The notes beneath the pieces were generated by a model. It was given only the letters and a program-made list of their open reading frames with translations, did no database searches and was not told the origin of the DNA. DNA of 45,708 nucleotides. Origin: Vicinamibacterales bacterium. Lineage in GTDB: Bacteria; Acidobacteriota; Vicinamibacteria; Vicinamibacterales; 2-12-FULL-66-21. Shown here in pieces: positions 9,284-17,853 of this stretch (positions are counted from its first letter, which is position 1; each line of letters begins with the position of its first letter). The stretch covers positions 1 to 45,708 of the forward strand of contig DASSOM010000260.1 in NCBI GenBank assembly GCA_035700625.1, in the 5' to 3' direction. Both the position numbers and the translations under genes were made by a program.

Positions 9284-10279
9284 ATGGCGGTGTGTCGTCA
9301 GCTGGCGGTGATCGCGACGCTCGTGGCGTTTGGCTGGTCGACCGGCATGGCGGCGACGCAGAATCCGGCCGCGCAGCCGCCGCAGCGCCCCACGTTCCGG
9401 GCCTCGGTCGACCTGGTGACCGTCGCCGCCGTCGCACGTGATCGCAAGGGGCGCTTCGTGCGCGGGCTGACGAAAGAGGACTTCACCGTCCTCGAAGCGG
9501 GCCGTCAGCGGCCCATCGTCGAGTTTCACGCGGAAGAGAACGCGCCGGTCGACGTCGCGCTGCTGTTCGACGTGAGCGGCAGCATGCGCGTCGCGTCGAA
9601 GATCGAGGACGCGCGTCAGGCGGCGCGGCATCTGCTCAGCGCGCTGCGGCTCGAGGGGGATCGCACCGACGAAGCCGCGGTGTTCAGCTTCGACATCGGG
9701 CTGCAGTCGCTGCAATCCTTCACGACGGATCCCGGCGCAATCGAGCAGGCGCTCTCGCGCGTGCGGCCGTACGGCCAGACGTCGATCTACGACGCGGTGG
9801 CGGAGACCGCCAGTCAGGTCGCGGAATCGAAGGGGGGGCGTCTCGCCCAGCGCCGCGCGGTCGTCGTCCTCACTGACGGCGTCGATACGAGCAGTCTGCT
9901 GTCGCCGCAGCGCGTCGCGGAGATTGCCAGCGGCATCGACGTGCCCGTCTACGTCCTCGTGGTGCTGTCGCCGCTCGATCATCCTGGCGAGCCGGACGGA
10001 GTGAAGACGCAGGGGAACGCGACGGAAGATTCAGGCGAGCTGCGTCAGCTGGCGCACCACACGGGCGGCGAACTGTTTCTGGTGAGCGCGCCGGCGCATG
10101 CGAGCATCGCCGCGCGTCAGATCGTCGACGAACTGCGGCATCAGTACGTGCTCGCGTTCGATGCCACGCCCGGTGGCGGCTGGAAACCCCTGGATGTGAA
10201 AGTCCGGCGGCGCGATGTGACCGTTCGCGCGCGTACCGGGTATTCGGGCGGGCGCTCGTCGAGCGCCCCCGTGTCCTGA
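9284..10279 (+). CDS. Secreted VWA-domain protein (acidobacterial VWFA-related type)
   Basis: 331-aa ORF with a signal peptide. The N-terminal FRASVDLVTVAAVARDRKGRFVRGLTKEDFTVLEAGRQRPIVEF block is characteristic of the acidobacterial VWFA-related family. MIDAS motif DVSGSM is present. Confidence 0.8.
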   Translation: MAVCRQLAVIATLVAFGWSTGMAATQNPAAQPPQRPTFRASVDLVTVAAVARDRKGRFVRGLTKEDFTVLEAGRQRPIVEFHAEENAPVDVALLFDVSGSMRVASKIEDARQAARHLLSALRLEGDRTDEAAVFSFDIGLQSLQSFTTDPGAIEQALSRVRPYGQTSIYDAVAETASQVAESKGGRLAQRRAVVVLTDGVDTSSLLSPQRVAEIASGIDVPVYVLVVLSPLDHPGEPDGVKTQGNATEDSGELRQLAHHTGGELFLVSAPAHASIAARQIVDELRHQYVLAFDATPGGGWKPLDVKVRRRDVTVRARTGYSGGRSSSAPVS

Positions 10280-10319
10280 CACGAGTGTTTTTCGAGACAG
10301 AGGAGAGAGGGAGGCAGTC

Positions 10320-10964
10320 ATGAAGAAATACGCGCTCGCGGTTCCGATTCTAGCGCTTTCACTCGGCGGGTCGACCGCCTGCGCTACCAAGAAGTTCGTC
10401 CGGACCAATGTCGGTGAGGTGAACGACAAGGTCGAAACGCTGTCGAAATCGGTCGAGGAAACCCAGGAGCGGACGCGCGCGAACGAAGCGCGCATCACCG
10501 AGGTCGACCAGAAGGCAGCAGCGGCGGGCGATCGCGCGACCGCAGCCCAGGCGGCAGCCGACAAGGTGAACGAGCGCGCCGACGCGATCGAAGCGGCGTC
10601 GAAGCGGCTCGTGTACGAGGTCGTCCTGAGCGAGGACGAGGGGAATTTCAAGTTCGGTCAGGCGGTACTGCCCGAAGAGGCGCAGGCACAGCTCGATCAG
10701 GTCGTCGAGCAGCTGAAGGCGAATCCGAACGGCGCGTACATCGAGATCGAAGGGCACACCGACAGCACGGGGCCGAAGACCGTCAACTACGAGCTCGGTC
10801 TCGAGCGTGCGAACACCGTGAAGCGGTACCTGTACGAGCATCACCAGATCCCGCTGCACAAGATCAACGTGATCAGCTACGGGGAAGAGAAGCCGATCGC
10901 GCCGAACAACACGCGTGAAGGGCGTGCCCAGAACCGGCGCGTCGTGATCAAGGTCCTCGCGTAA
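10320..10964 (+). CDS. OmpA-family lipoprotein with a central coiled coil and a C-terminal peptidoglycan-binding OmpA-like domain
   Basis: 214-aa ORF with GGGAGG 6 nt upstream. Lipoprotein-like signal MKKYALAVPILALSLGGSTAC. The C-terminus IEIEGHTDSTGP...NYELGLERANTVKRYL...NRRVVIKV is the OmpA_C motif. Confidence 0.85.
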   Translation: MKKYALAVPILALSLGGSTACATKKFVRTNVGEVNDKVETLSKSVEETQERTRANEARITEVDQKAAAAGDRATAAQAAADKVNERADAIEAASKRLVYEVVLSEDEGNFKFGQAVLPEEAQAQLDQVVEQLKANPNGAYIEIEGHTDSTGPKTVNYELGLERANTVKRYLYEHHQIPLHKINVISYGEEKPIAPNNTREGRAQNRRVVIKVLA

Positions 10965-11014
10965 ACGGCGTAAGGGAGTCCAGCGCGCCGGTCCTCCCGC
11001 TGGCGTCGCTGGCA

Positions 11015-11152
11015 GGGCCGCTGCATCAGGTCGGGGGCGGATCGCAGGAGTCGGCCCGGAATGGTCCGGGCCGGATCCACGATTCACACGTCAGCACTTT
11101 CGCAGGGTGCTTCGCGTTCCGCCTCCGATCGGATGCAGCGGCCCGTTTTTTT
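11015..11152 (+). terminator. Large stem-loop followed by T7. Candidate intrinsic terminator of the OmpA-like gene, or a structured RNA or MITE-like palindrome.
   Basis: 11015-11041 pairs with 11118-11144: 27 bp, including a 13-bp perfect run GGGCCGCTGCATC/GATGCAGCGGCCC, one A/G mismatch and two G-U pairs. It encloses hairpins GGCCCGGA-ATGG-TCCGGGCC (11053-11072) and AGCAC-N9-GTGCT (11093-11111). G plus TTTTTTT (11146-11152) follows. Confidence 0.45.
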
Positions 11153-11167
11153 CGTCCTGCCCATCTC

Positions 11168-12463
11168 CTATCCGCCTGTGGCTGTCCCGCCATCGGCGAT
11201 CTTCTGCATCGCCGCCACGAACGTGTCGATTTCCTCGAGCGTCGTGTAGACGTTCGGCGTCACCCGGACCCCCTCGTATTCGGCGTGCACGATCGGCGTG
11301 GCGATGATTCGCCACTGGTCCCACAGCTGCGACACCACCTTGGGCGCGGGCACGCCGACGATCTGTACGGTGGCAATCGCGCATGAGTGTTCCGGCGCGA
11401 GGTTGGTGTGGATGCGCACGTGTGGAAGCGCCTTCAGCCGATCCGTCCAGCGGTTGCGCAGATAGCGAAGCCGCGCCGCCTTCCGATCGATGCCGATCCC
11501 CTGGTGAAAGCTGAGCGCTTCGGCGATGGCGTTGTGGTTCGCGGCCGGATGCGTCCCGATTTCTTCGAACTTGCGGATGTCCTTCGCCCGCGCGCCGTTG
11601 GCGGGTTGCAGGGGCCAGAGCGCCTCGACATGCTCGCGCCGCACGTAGAGGAATCCCGTCCCGATCGGTGCGAGCAGCCATTTGTGCAGGCTCGTCCCGT
11701 AGTAGTCGCACCCGAGATCGCTCAGGCGATACGGGAAGTGCGCGAAGGCGTGCGCGCCGTCCACGACCGTACGAATGCCTTTCGCGCGGGCGGCGTCACA
11801 AATCTGCCGCACCGGAAAAATCTGGCCGGTGAGATTCGTGATGTGGCAGAAATGGAGCACCCTGGTCCGCGGCGTGATGGCCGCGAGCAGCCGATCGGCA
11901 AGATCGTCGAGCGACGGCGGCGGCACGGGGAACGAGATCTTCTTCACCGTCACGCCGTCGCGCCGCACCCGCTGCTCCCACGTGTCGAGCATCCGGCCGT
12001 AGTCCTGATTGGTCGTGACGATTTCGTCGCCGGGCTTCAGATCGAGGCCGAGCTGGGCGATCTGCAGCGCTTCGCTGGCATTGCGGGTGATCGCGAGTTC
12101 TTCCGGGTCGCAGCCTGCCTCGGCGGCGAGGTTGCGCCGTACGCTTTCGATGTTGGGCTCCAGGATCTGCCACATGTGATACACCGGAGCCTGGTTCGAG
12201 AGATCGAGGTAGCGCTTCAGCGCCTCATGGACGACGCGCGGGCTGGGACAGCAGCCGCCGTTGTTGAGATTGATGACGGTGCGATCGAGGGTGAACGCCT
12301 GCTGGATCTCGCGCCAGTAGGTCTCATCCGCCGCGACGTCCTCGGGCGTGCGGCCCGCCGTCCGGTCGCCGGCGGCGGCGATCCGCGCCAGCCCGTCGTT
12401 GGTGAACGCCAGCGCCGCCGCGCCGGCCCCTGTGGTGCGGAGAAATGCCCGTCGCGTCCACAT
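11168..12463 (-). CDS. Class V-fold PLP-dependent enzyme (isopenicillin-N-epimerase / cysteine desulfurase-like) with a twin-arginine signal
   Basis: The track ORF 11168-12844 is over-extended. An internal ATG at 12463 is preceded by GGAGGA and gives MWTRRAFLRTTGAGAAALAF (Tat-type RRxFL). The body (GCDYYGTSLHKWLLAPIGTGFLY) matches class V aminotransferases. Confidence 0.8.
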   Translation of the reverse strand: MWTRRAFLRTTGAGAAALAFTNDGLARIAAAGDRTAGRTPEDVAADETYWREIQQAFTLDRTVINLNNGGCCPSPRVVHEALKRYLDLSNQAPVYHMWQILEPNIESVRRNLAAEAGCDPEELAITRNASEALQIAQLGLDLKPGDEIVTTNQDYGRMLDTWEQRVRRDGVTVKKISFPVPPPSLDDLADRLLAAITPRTRVLHFCHITNLTGQIFPVRQICDAARAKGIRTVVDGAHAFAHFPYRLSDLGCDYYGTSLHKWLLAPIGTGFLYVRREHVEALWPLQPANGARAKDIRKFEEIGTHPAANHNAIAEALSFHQGIGIDRKAARLRYLRNRWTDRLKALPHVRIHTNLAPEHSCAIATVQIVGVPAPKVVSQLWDQWRIIATPIVHAEYEGVRVTPNVYTTLEEIDTFVAAMQKIADGGTATGG

Positions 12464-12539
12464 CGCGTCCTCCTTCGCGCCTTCGCGCGCGCCAAGGATA
12501 CTGGATCGGAGATACAATCGCCCCCCGAGGATTTCGCCC

Positions 12540-13148
12540 ATGCCCAGACGCAAGGATGAACCCGGATTCAGCCGACGAAGCTTCCTGAAGACCGTGGGGG
12601 CCGGCGGCGTCGCGGCCGGCGTGCTGTCGAACACGCCGCTGGAGGCCGCGCAGACCTCCGCTGCCGTCGGACCAGGCCCCGTGCCCGTCTCGCTCGACAT
12701 CAACGGGCGCGTCCACAAGCTGCAGCTCGAGCCGCGCGTCACGCTGCTCGACGCGCTGCGGACGCGGCTCGACATCACCGGCGTCAAGCGCGTCTGCGAC
12801 CGCGGCACGTGCGGCGCGTGTACCGTGCTGATCGACGGACACACCGCCTACGCCTGCTCGACGCTCGCGATCGAAGCGCAGGGGCGCAAGATTCGCACGG
12901 TCGAGAGCTTCACGCGCGGCACGGTGCTGCATCCCGTCCAGGAGGCGTTCTGCGATCACGACGGCCTGATGTGCGGCTTCTGCACCCCCGGCTTCGTCAC
13001 CTCCGTCGTCGCGCTGCTCGAGGCGAACCCGAATCCGACGCCGGAGCAGGCGCGGAGGGCGCTCGACGGCAACATCTGCCGGTGCGGCACCTACCCGCGC
13101 GTGCTCGAAGCGGCGCTCGATCGCGGCAAGGGGGTGAGCCGTGGCTAG
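12540..13148 (+). CDS. (2Fe-2S)-binding small subunit of a xanthine dehydrogenase-family molybdenum hydroxylase, with a Tat signal (PaoA-like)
   Basis: Start at the internal ATG 12540, with GAGGA 8 nt upstream. Tat motif FSRRSFLKTVGAG. Two 2Fe-2S cluster patterns: CDRGTCGACTV and CGFCTPG...CRCGTY. Confidence 0.9.
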   Translation: MPRRKDEPGFSRRSFLKTVGAGGVAAGVLSNTPLEAAQTSAAVGPGPVPVSLDINGRVHKLQLEPRVTLLDALRTRLDITGVKRVCDRGTCGACTVLIDGHTAYACSTLAIEAQGRKIRTVESFTRGTVLHPVQEAFCDHDGLMCGFCTPGFVTSVVALLEANPNPTPEQARRALDGNICRCGTYPRVLEAALDRGKGVSRG

Positions 13149-15279
13149 CTGGCCGCCGCCCGCCGAGCGGGAACTGATCGGGAAGTCCATCGAGCGCGTC
13201 GACGGCCCCGTGAAGGCGCGCGGCGCCGCCAAGTACACCTACGACATCATCCGGCCAGGCATGCTCTACGGGCGCATCCTCGGATCGCCGCATCCGCACG
13301 CGCGCATCCGCGGGATCGATCTCACGGCCGCGCAGCGCACGCCGGGCGTCAAGGCCGCGATCGCGCTCGTCGATCCGGGCGGCGTCGTCAACTACCCGGG
13401 AGAGGAGATCGCCGCGGTGGCGGCCGCGACGGAGGAAATCGCGGAGGATGCGATGCGGCTGATCCGCGTCGACTACGACGTGCTGCCGCATCTCGCGACG
13501 GTCGAACAGGCGATGAGCCAGGACGCGCCGGCGGTGTTCGAGGGAGGCAACGTCACCGAGCCGTCGACGCGGCAGGAAGGGGACGTCGACGCCGCGCTGC
13601 CGACGGCCGCGCACGTCGTCGAGGGGGTGTACCACACGCAGGTGCAGACGCACACCAGTCTCGAGACGCACGGCGGCATCTGCGAGTGGGAAGGTGATCG
13701 GCTGAACTGCTGGATCTCGACGCAGGCGGTCCACGGCACGCGAGAGGGGATCGCGCGGGCGCTCGGGATCGAGCAGGCGAACGTCCGCGTGGTCACCGAC
13801 TACATGGGAGGCGGATTCGGCAGCAAGCTGGGCAACGACGTCCAGGTCGTGATTGCGGCGAAGCTCGCGAAGGCGGCGTCTGCGCCGGTGAAGATCATGC
13901 TCGATCGCAAGACCGAGCATCTCGTCACGGGCAACCGTCCGTCGGCGTACGCCAAGGTGCGGGCCGGCGCTGACGCGAACGGCACGTTCGTGGCGTTCGA
14001 CGCGCAGACGTGGGGCACGGGCGGCGCGGGGCAGGGCGCCGGCTTCCCGATGCCGTACCAGGTCTACGTGTGGCCGAATCGCCGGCAGGTCCATCGCGAC
14101 GTGTACATCAATGCGGGGCCGCAGCGCGCCTTCCGCGCGCCGGGGCATCCGCAGAGCTGCTTCATCACCGAAGTCGTCGTCGACGAACTCGCGGATCGGC
14201 TGCAGATGGATCCGCTCGAGCTGCGGCTGCGCAATCTGCCGCCCGACGCGGACAATGCACGATGGCGGCAGTACTTCCCGATCGGCGCCGAGAAGATTGG
14301 ATGGAGCCGGCGGCATCCCACCGGTGATGCCGCGACGGGTCCGATCAAACGCGGTCTCGGCTGCGCCGCGAACCGGTGGGCGGGCGGCGGCAATCCGCGC
14401 ACGCGCGCGAGCTGCGAGATCCTGCCCGACGGCGGCGTCGTCACGCGCATCGGCACCCAGGACATCGGCACCGGCACGCGGACGCTCGTGCAGATCATCA
14501 CGGCGGAAACGATGGGGCTTCCCCTCGAGGCGGTAAAGCCGATGATCGGCGACACGAACCTGCCCTTCGCGCCGGGCAGCGGCGGCAGCATCACCGTCGG
14601 ATCGATCTCGCCGACGGTGCGTGTCGCGTGCGAGAACGCCCGCGACGCGCTGTTCGCCCGGGTGGCGCCCGAGCTCGGCGTCCAGCCGACCGCGCTGGCC
14701 GCCAAGGACGGCCGGGTCGTCGTGAAGGAGGATCCGTCGAAAGGTCTGAGCTGGAAGGACGCCTGCCGCCTCCTCGGTACGCAGTCGGTCCAGGGGGACG
14801 GGCAGTTCGATCGCGCCCTCGCGAACGTCGGCACGAGCGGCGTGCAGTTCGCCGACGTCGAGGTCGACATCGAAACCGGTATCACGCGTGTGAAGAAGAT
14901 CGTCGGCGTGCAGGACTGCGGGATGATCGTCGACCGTCTGACGGCCCAGAGCCAGTGCTACGGCGGAATCATCATGGGCATGGGGTTCGCGCTCTTCGAG
15001 AACCGGATCCTCGATCGCAACACCGCGCTGATGGTGAATCCGAACATGGAGTTCTACATGGTGCCTGGCATGTCGGACGTTCCGCAGATCGACGTGACGC
15101 TCGTCGATCAGCCGGAGCGGGGCGTCGTCGGACTGGGAGAGCCGCCGGTGATTTCCACGGCCGCGGCGATCGCCAATGCCGTCGCGAACGCCATCGGCGC
15201 GCGCATCCGGCAACTGCCGATTACGCCTGATGCGGTGCTGGCGGCGCTCGATCAGGAGCGCGCGGGAGGGACGCTGTGA
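13141..15279 (+). CDS. Molybdopterin-binding large subunit of a xanthine dehydrogenase / aldehyde oxidoreductase family enzyme
   Basis: 712-aa ORF overlapping the upstream stop by 8 nt. It shows an aldehyde-oxidase a/b hammerhead-type N-terminus (GAAKYTYD) and GGGFGSK, both conserved in this family. Confidence 0.9.
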   Translation: MASWPPPAERELIGKSIERVDGPVKARGAAKYTYDIIRPGMLYGRILGSPHPHARIRGIDLTAAQRTPGVKAAIALVDPGGVVNYPGEEIAAVAAATEEIAEDAMRLIRVDYDVLPHLATVEQAMSQDAPAVFEGGNVTEPSTRQEGDVDAALPTAAHVVEGVYHTQVQTHTSLETHGGICEWEGDRLNCWISTQAVHGTREGIARALGIEQANVRVVTDYMGGGFGSKLGNDVQVVIAAKLAKAASAPVKIMLDRKTEHLVTGNRPSAYAKVRAGADANGTFVAFDAQTWGTGGAGQGAGFPMPYQVYVWPNRRQVHRDVYINAGPQRAFRAPGHPQSCFITEVVVDELADRLQMDPLELRLRNLPPDADNARWRQYFPIGAEKIGWSRRHPTGDAATGPIKRGLGCAANRWAGGGNPRTRASCEILPDGGVVTRIGTQDIGTGTRTLVQIITAETMGLPLEAVKPMIGDTNLPFAPGSGGSITVGSISPTVRVACENARDALFARVAPELGVQPTALAAKDGRVVVKEDPSKGLSWKDACRLLGTQSVQGDGQFDRALANVGTSGVQFADVEVDIETGITRVKKIVGVQDCGMIVDRLTAQSQCYGGIIMGMGFALFENRILDRNTALMVNPNMEFYMVPGMSDVPQIDVTLVDQPERGVVGLGEPPVISTAAAIANAVANAIGARIRQLPITPDAVLAALDQERAGGTL

Positions 15280-16262
15280 AGCCGTTTGCCTACGTCGACG
15301 CGGCGAACGAGAAGGAGATCGTCGCCGCACTCGTGCCCGAGCGCGGTCGTGCGCTGCCCATCGGCGGCGGCATGGACCTGCTCGCGCTGATGAAAGACTA
15401 CGTCGCGCAGCCCGATCGGCTCGTCAACGCCAAGAAGCTCGATCGGACGATCGCGCGAACGGCGGACGGCGGGTTGAGGATCGGGGCGGCCGTCACGCTG
15501 ACGGACCTTGTGCAGCACGCGGACGCGGCGCGGATGTACCCGGCCCTCGCACACGCCGCGGGGGAAGTCGGCACGCCCCAGATCCGCAATGCCGGGACGG
15601 TCGGCGGCAATCTGAATCAGCGTCCGCGCTGCTGGTACTTCCGCAACGAAGAGTTCAACTGCCTCAAGAAGGGGGGCGCGCGCTGTTTCGCCGTCGACGG
15701 CGAGAACCAGTACCACGCGATCTTCGGCGACGGCCCGTGTCACATCGTCCATCCGTCGAGCCTTGCCGTGCCCGCGGTCGCGCTCGGCGCGCGGTTCCGC
15801 GTGTTCGGGCCCGCGGGTGAACGCGAGATCGCGGCGGGGGACTATTTCCTCATGCCGGACCGGAATCTGTTCGGCGAGACGGTGCTCGCGCCGAACGAGA
15901 TCCTGACCCACGTGATCCTGCCGCCGCCCGGCGGCGCGCGGAGTGCGACGTACGAGGTGCGCTTCAAGCAGTCGCACGACTGGCCGCTCGCGACCGCATC
16001 GGTCGCGCTCGACATGAACGGCGGCGCCGTTCGCGCGGCACGGGTCGTCATGGGGGCCGTCGCGCCGATCCCATGGCGTGCGCCGCAGGCCGAGCGCGCG
16101 CTCGCCGGCAAGGCCGTGACGCCCGAAGCGGCCATCGCCGCTGCCGACGCGGCGGTCGCGGGGGCGAAGCCGATGAGCGGTAATGCCTACAAGGTGCACG
16201 TCGCGCGCACGGCCGTGAAGCGCGCGATCATGCTGGCCGCGGGCCTGCAGCCGAACTGGTGA
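15276..16262 (+). CDS. FAD-binding medium subunit (xanthine dehydrogenase family subunit M / CoxM-like)
   Basis: 328-aa ORF. Its GTG start overlaps the upstream TGA (GTGA). MKPFAYVDAANEKEIVAAL...PIGGGMDLLALMKD...AGTVGGNL matches the FAD-binding PCMH-type domain. Confidence 0.9.
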   Translation: MKPFAYVDAANEKEIVAALVPERGRALPIGGGMDLLALMKDYVAQPDRLVNAKKLDRTIARTADGGLRIGAAVTLTDLVQHADAARMYPALAHAAGEVGTPQIRNAGTVGGNLNQRPRCWYFRNEEFNCLKKGGARCFAVDGENQYHAIFGDGPCHIVHPSSLAVPAVALGARFRVFGPAGEREIAAGDYFLMPDRNLFGETVLAPNEILTHVILPPPGGARSATYEVRFKQSHDWPLATASVALDMNGGAVRAARVVMGAVAPIPWRAPQAERALAGKAVTPEAAIAAADAAVAGAKPMSGNAYKVHVARTAVKRAIMLAAGLQPNW

Positions 16263-16492
16263 TCGCCATGCATCCACATCTGACATCCCGCCACGTCACA
16301 CCGGCGCACTGCGCGCATCTTCGGCACAAGGGCATGTACGTCGCGCCCGACGACGAGCCCGCCCGCGAGGCATACCGGGACTGGATCGAGGCGACGGCCT
16401 ACTGGTGCGTCTGCACGCAGAAGGCATTCGGCCCGGACGGCAAGCCCGCGACGGCGGCCTCCTGCCGAGCCGGCCGGAGCTGCTGTGAGTAA
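16259..16492 (+). CDS. Small Cys/His-rich hypothetical protein (77 aa from GTG 16259, or 74 aa from ATG 16268)
   Basis: The ORF is translationally coupled to the FAD subunit (GTGA overlap). It has 6 Cys (including a CVC and a terminal CC) and 6 His in 77 residues. No family name can be assigned from memory. Confidence 0.5.
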   Translation: MIAMHPHLTSRHVTPAHCAHLRHKGMYVAPDDEPAREAYRDWIEATAYWCVCTQKAFGPDGKPATAASCRAGRSCCE

Positions 16493-16493
16493 A

Positions 16494-17189
16494 ATGGCAG
16501 GTATGCGCACTACCTTTCCTGCCCTCGTGGCAGCGACTCTGTTGATCCTCCCGTCCGCCGCGTCGGCGGCGGATCACGATGCGTCCGTCACCGCCGTGTC
16601 GGGCGACTACGTCGAGGCTCGCACCGCCGAGGTGTTCACCGGCGGCTGCATCATGGGCAGCGAAGGCGAGGTGTCGGGCCGTGAAGCGATCATGGCGTGG
16701 CGCGTCGGCCACGGATCCGTGAACGGTGTGTCGCTCGACGGACTCGCGGTCGTGGCCGTCGTCGCCGCCGACACGAGCCTTGGCATGCAGGAGCTGGGCG
16801 GCGCCGCGCCCAGCGTCGTGAAAGCCGCGCTCCGCGTCGACCAGCGCGCGACGCCCGCGCAGCGCAAGGCGCTCGTCACGCTGGCCCGCTCGCTCGCGCC
16901 CTCCGTCATCCAGGACGTCATCGATGTGAAGGCGGTGCCGATTGCGTTCGAGCGCGACGGCGCGCACGTCGCAGTCCGTGCCGGCGAAGCGACGCTGGAC
17001 GTCTCGACGCACATGCACCACGATCCCTCCTGCGGCGCGCTGCAGTGGTTCACGCCGCTCGCGGACACCGAGCACGCGGAACTCGGCATGACCAAGACGC
17101 AGGCCTGGTCCGGTTCGTCACTCGGCGCGCAGTGGTCGCAGAGCGACCGGCGGTCGTCGTTCTTCGGCACGTTCTCGCTCGGGAGGTAA
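16494..17189 (+). CDS. Secreted hypothetical protein, possibly DUF1326-like (from memory, unverified)
   Basis: The ATG at 16494 lies 1 nt after the upstream stop; alternative starts are ATG 16503 or the track start at 16485. Signal peptide MRTTFPALVAATLLILPSAASAA. Same strand and tight spacing within the Mo-hydroxylase operon. Confidence 0.55.
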   Translation: MAGMRTTFPALVAATLLILPSAASAADHDASVTAVSGDYVEARTAEVFTGGCIMGSEGEVSGREAIMAWRVGHGSVNGVSLDGLAVVAVVAADTSLGMQELGGAAPSVVKAALRVDQRATPAQRKALVTLARSLAPSVIQDVIDVKAVPIAFERDGAHVAVRAGEATLDVSTHMHHDPSCGALQWFTPLADTEHAELGMTKTQAWSGSSLGAQWSQSDRRSSFFGTFSLGR

Positions 17190-17198
17190 CGGCGGCGC

Positions 17199-17849
17199 AT
17201 GATTCACGCCGTCGCACCGCTGCTCCTCTCGTTCGCTCTCTTCCTCCAGGCGCCCGCGCAGCTGTCGGGCGCCGCGCACACGGAGCCGATTCCGCCGGAG
17301 CTGGCCGCGCCGGTGGCGGCGCAGCTCGCGCCGGGCGGCGTGCGCGCGACGGCGAGCGGGACCACGCTGACGTTCTGGTGGGTGAAGGCGCTGCCGGTGA
17401 ATGCCGGATCGGCCGCCCCCTCCTGGGCGGACGTCGAGGAAGGATCTCTCGTCGGCGCCGTGCGCATCGACGCGCCCTTTCGCGACATCCGCGGCCGCGT
17501 CATCAAGCCCGGCGTCTACACTCTGCGCTACGGGATCCAACCCGCCAACGGCGATCACCTCGGTGTGTCCCCCTTCCGCGATTTCCTGCTGATCTCTCCG
17601 TCGGCGGTCGACACCAATGCCGCTCCAACGGGCCACGACGGGACGATCGATCTCTCGAAGAAGACCGTCGGCGGATCGCATCCCGCGGTGTGGAGCATCG
17701 ATCCGCCCGCCGCGACGGAAGCACCGCTCACCGTGCACACGACCGATCTCGGCCACGACGCGCTCGTCGTCGAGATCCCGGTGACGCGCGCGGGGCAGCC
17801 CGGCACGCTCCGCTTCGGTATCGTCCTCGTCGGCCGCATCGAGGCCTGA
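17199..17849 (+). CDS. Secreted hypothetical protein
   Basis: 216-aa ORF with GGGAGG 11 nt upstream of the ATG. Signal peptide MIHAVAPLLLSFALFLQAPA. No motif recognised. Confidence 0.55.
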   Translation: MIHAVAPLLLSFALFLQAPAQLSGAAHTEPIPPELAAPVAAQLAPGGVRATASGTTLTFWWVKALPVNAGSAAPSWADVEEGSLVGAVRIDAPFRDIRGRVIKPGVYTLRYGIQPANGDHLGVSPFRDFLLISPSAVDTNAAPTGHDGTIDLSKKTVGGSHPAVWSIDPPAATEAPLTVHTTDLGHDALVVEIPVTRAGQPGTLRFGIVLVGRIEA

Positions 17850-17853
17850 GCGC

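Noticed and set aside
11168-12844. Long N-terminal extensions in track ORFs: 11168-12844, 12348-13148, 20730-21836, 22428-24029, 32409-33905, 38696-39655, 39597-41402, 44645-45394 and 32086-32574
   Set aside because: The extensions overlap neighbouring genes or divergent spacers and are Arg/Ser/Pro-rich. Internal starts give canonical family N-termini, signal peptides, SD sequences or ATGA/GTGA coupling, so the shorter models were used.
12997-15330. 777-aa minus-strand ORF opposite the molybdoenzyme large subunit
   Set aside because: It is an antisense shadow. It is Arg-rich and low-complexity, whereas the plus-strand frame carries clear xanthine-dehydrogenase-family motifs and operon coupling.
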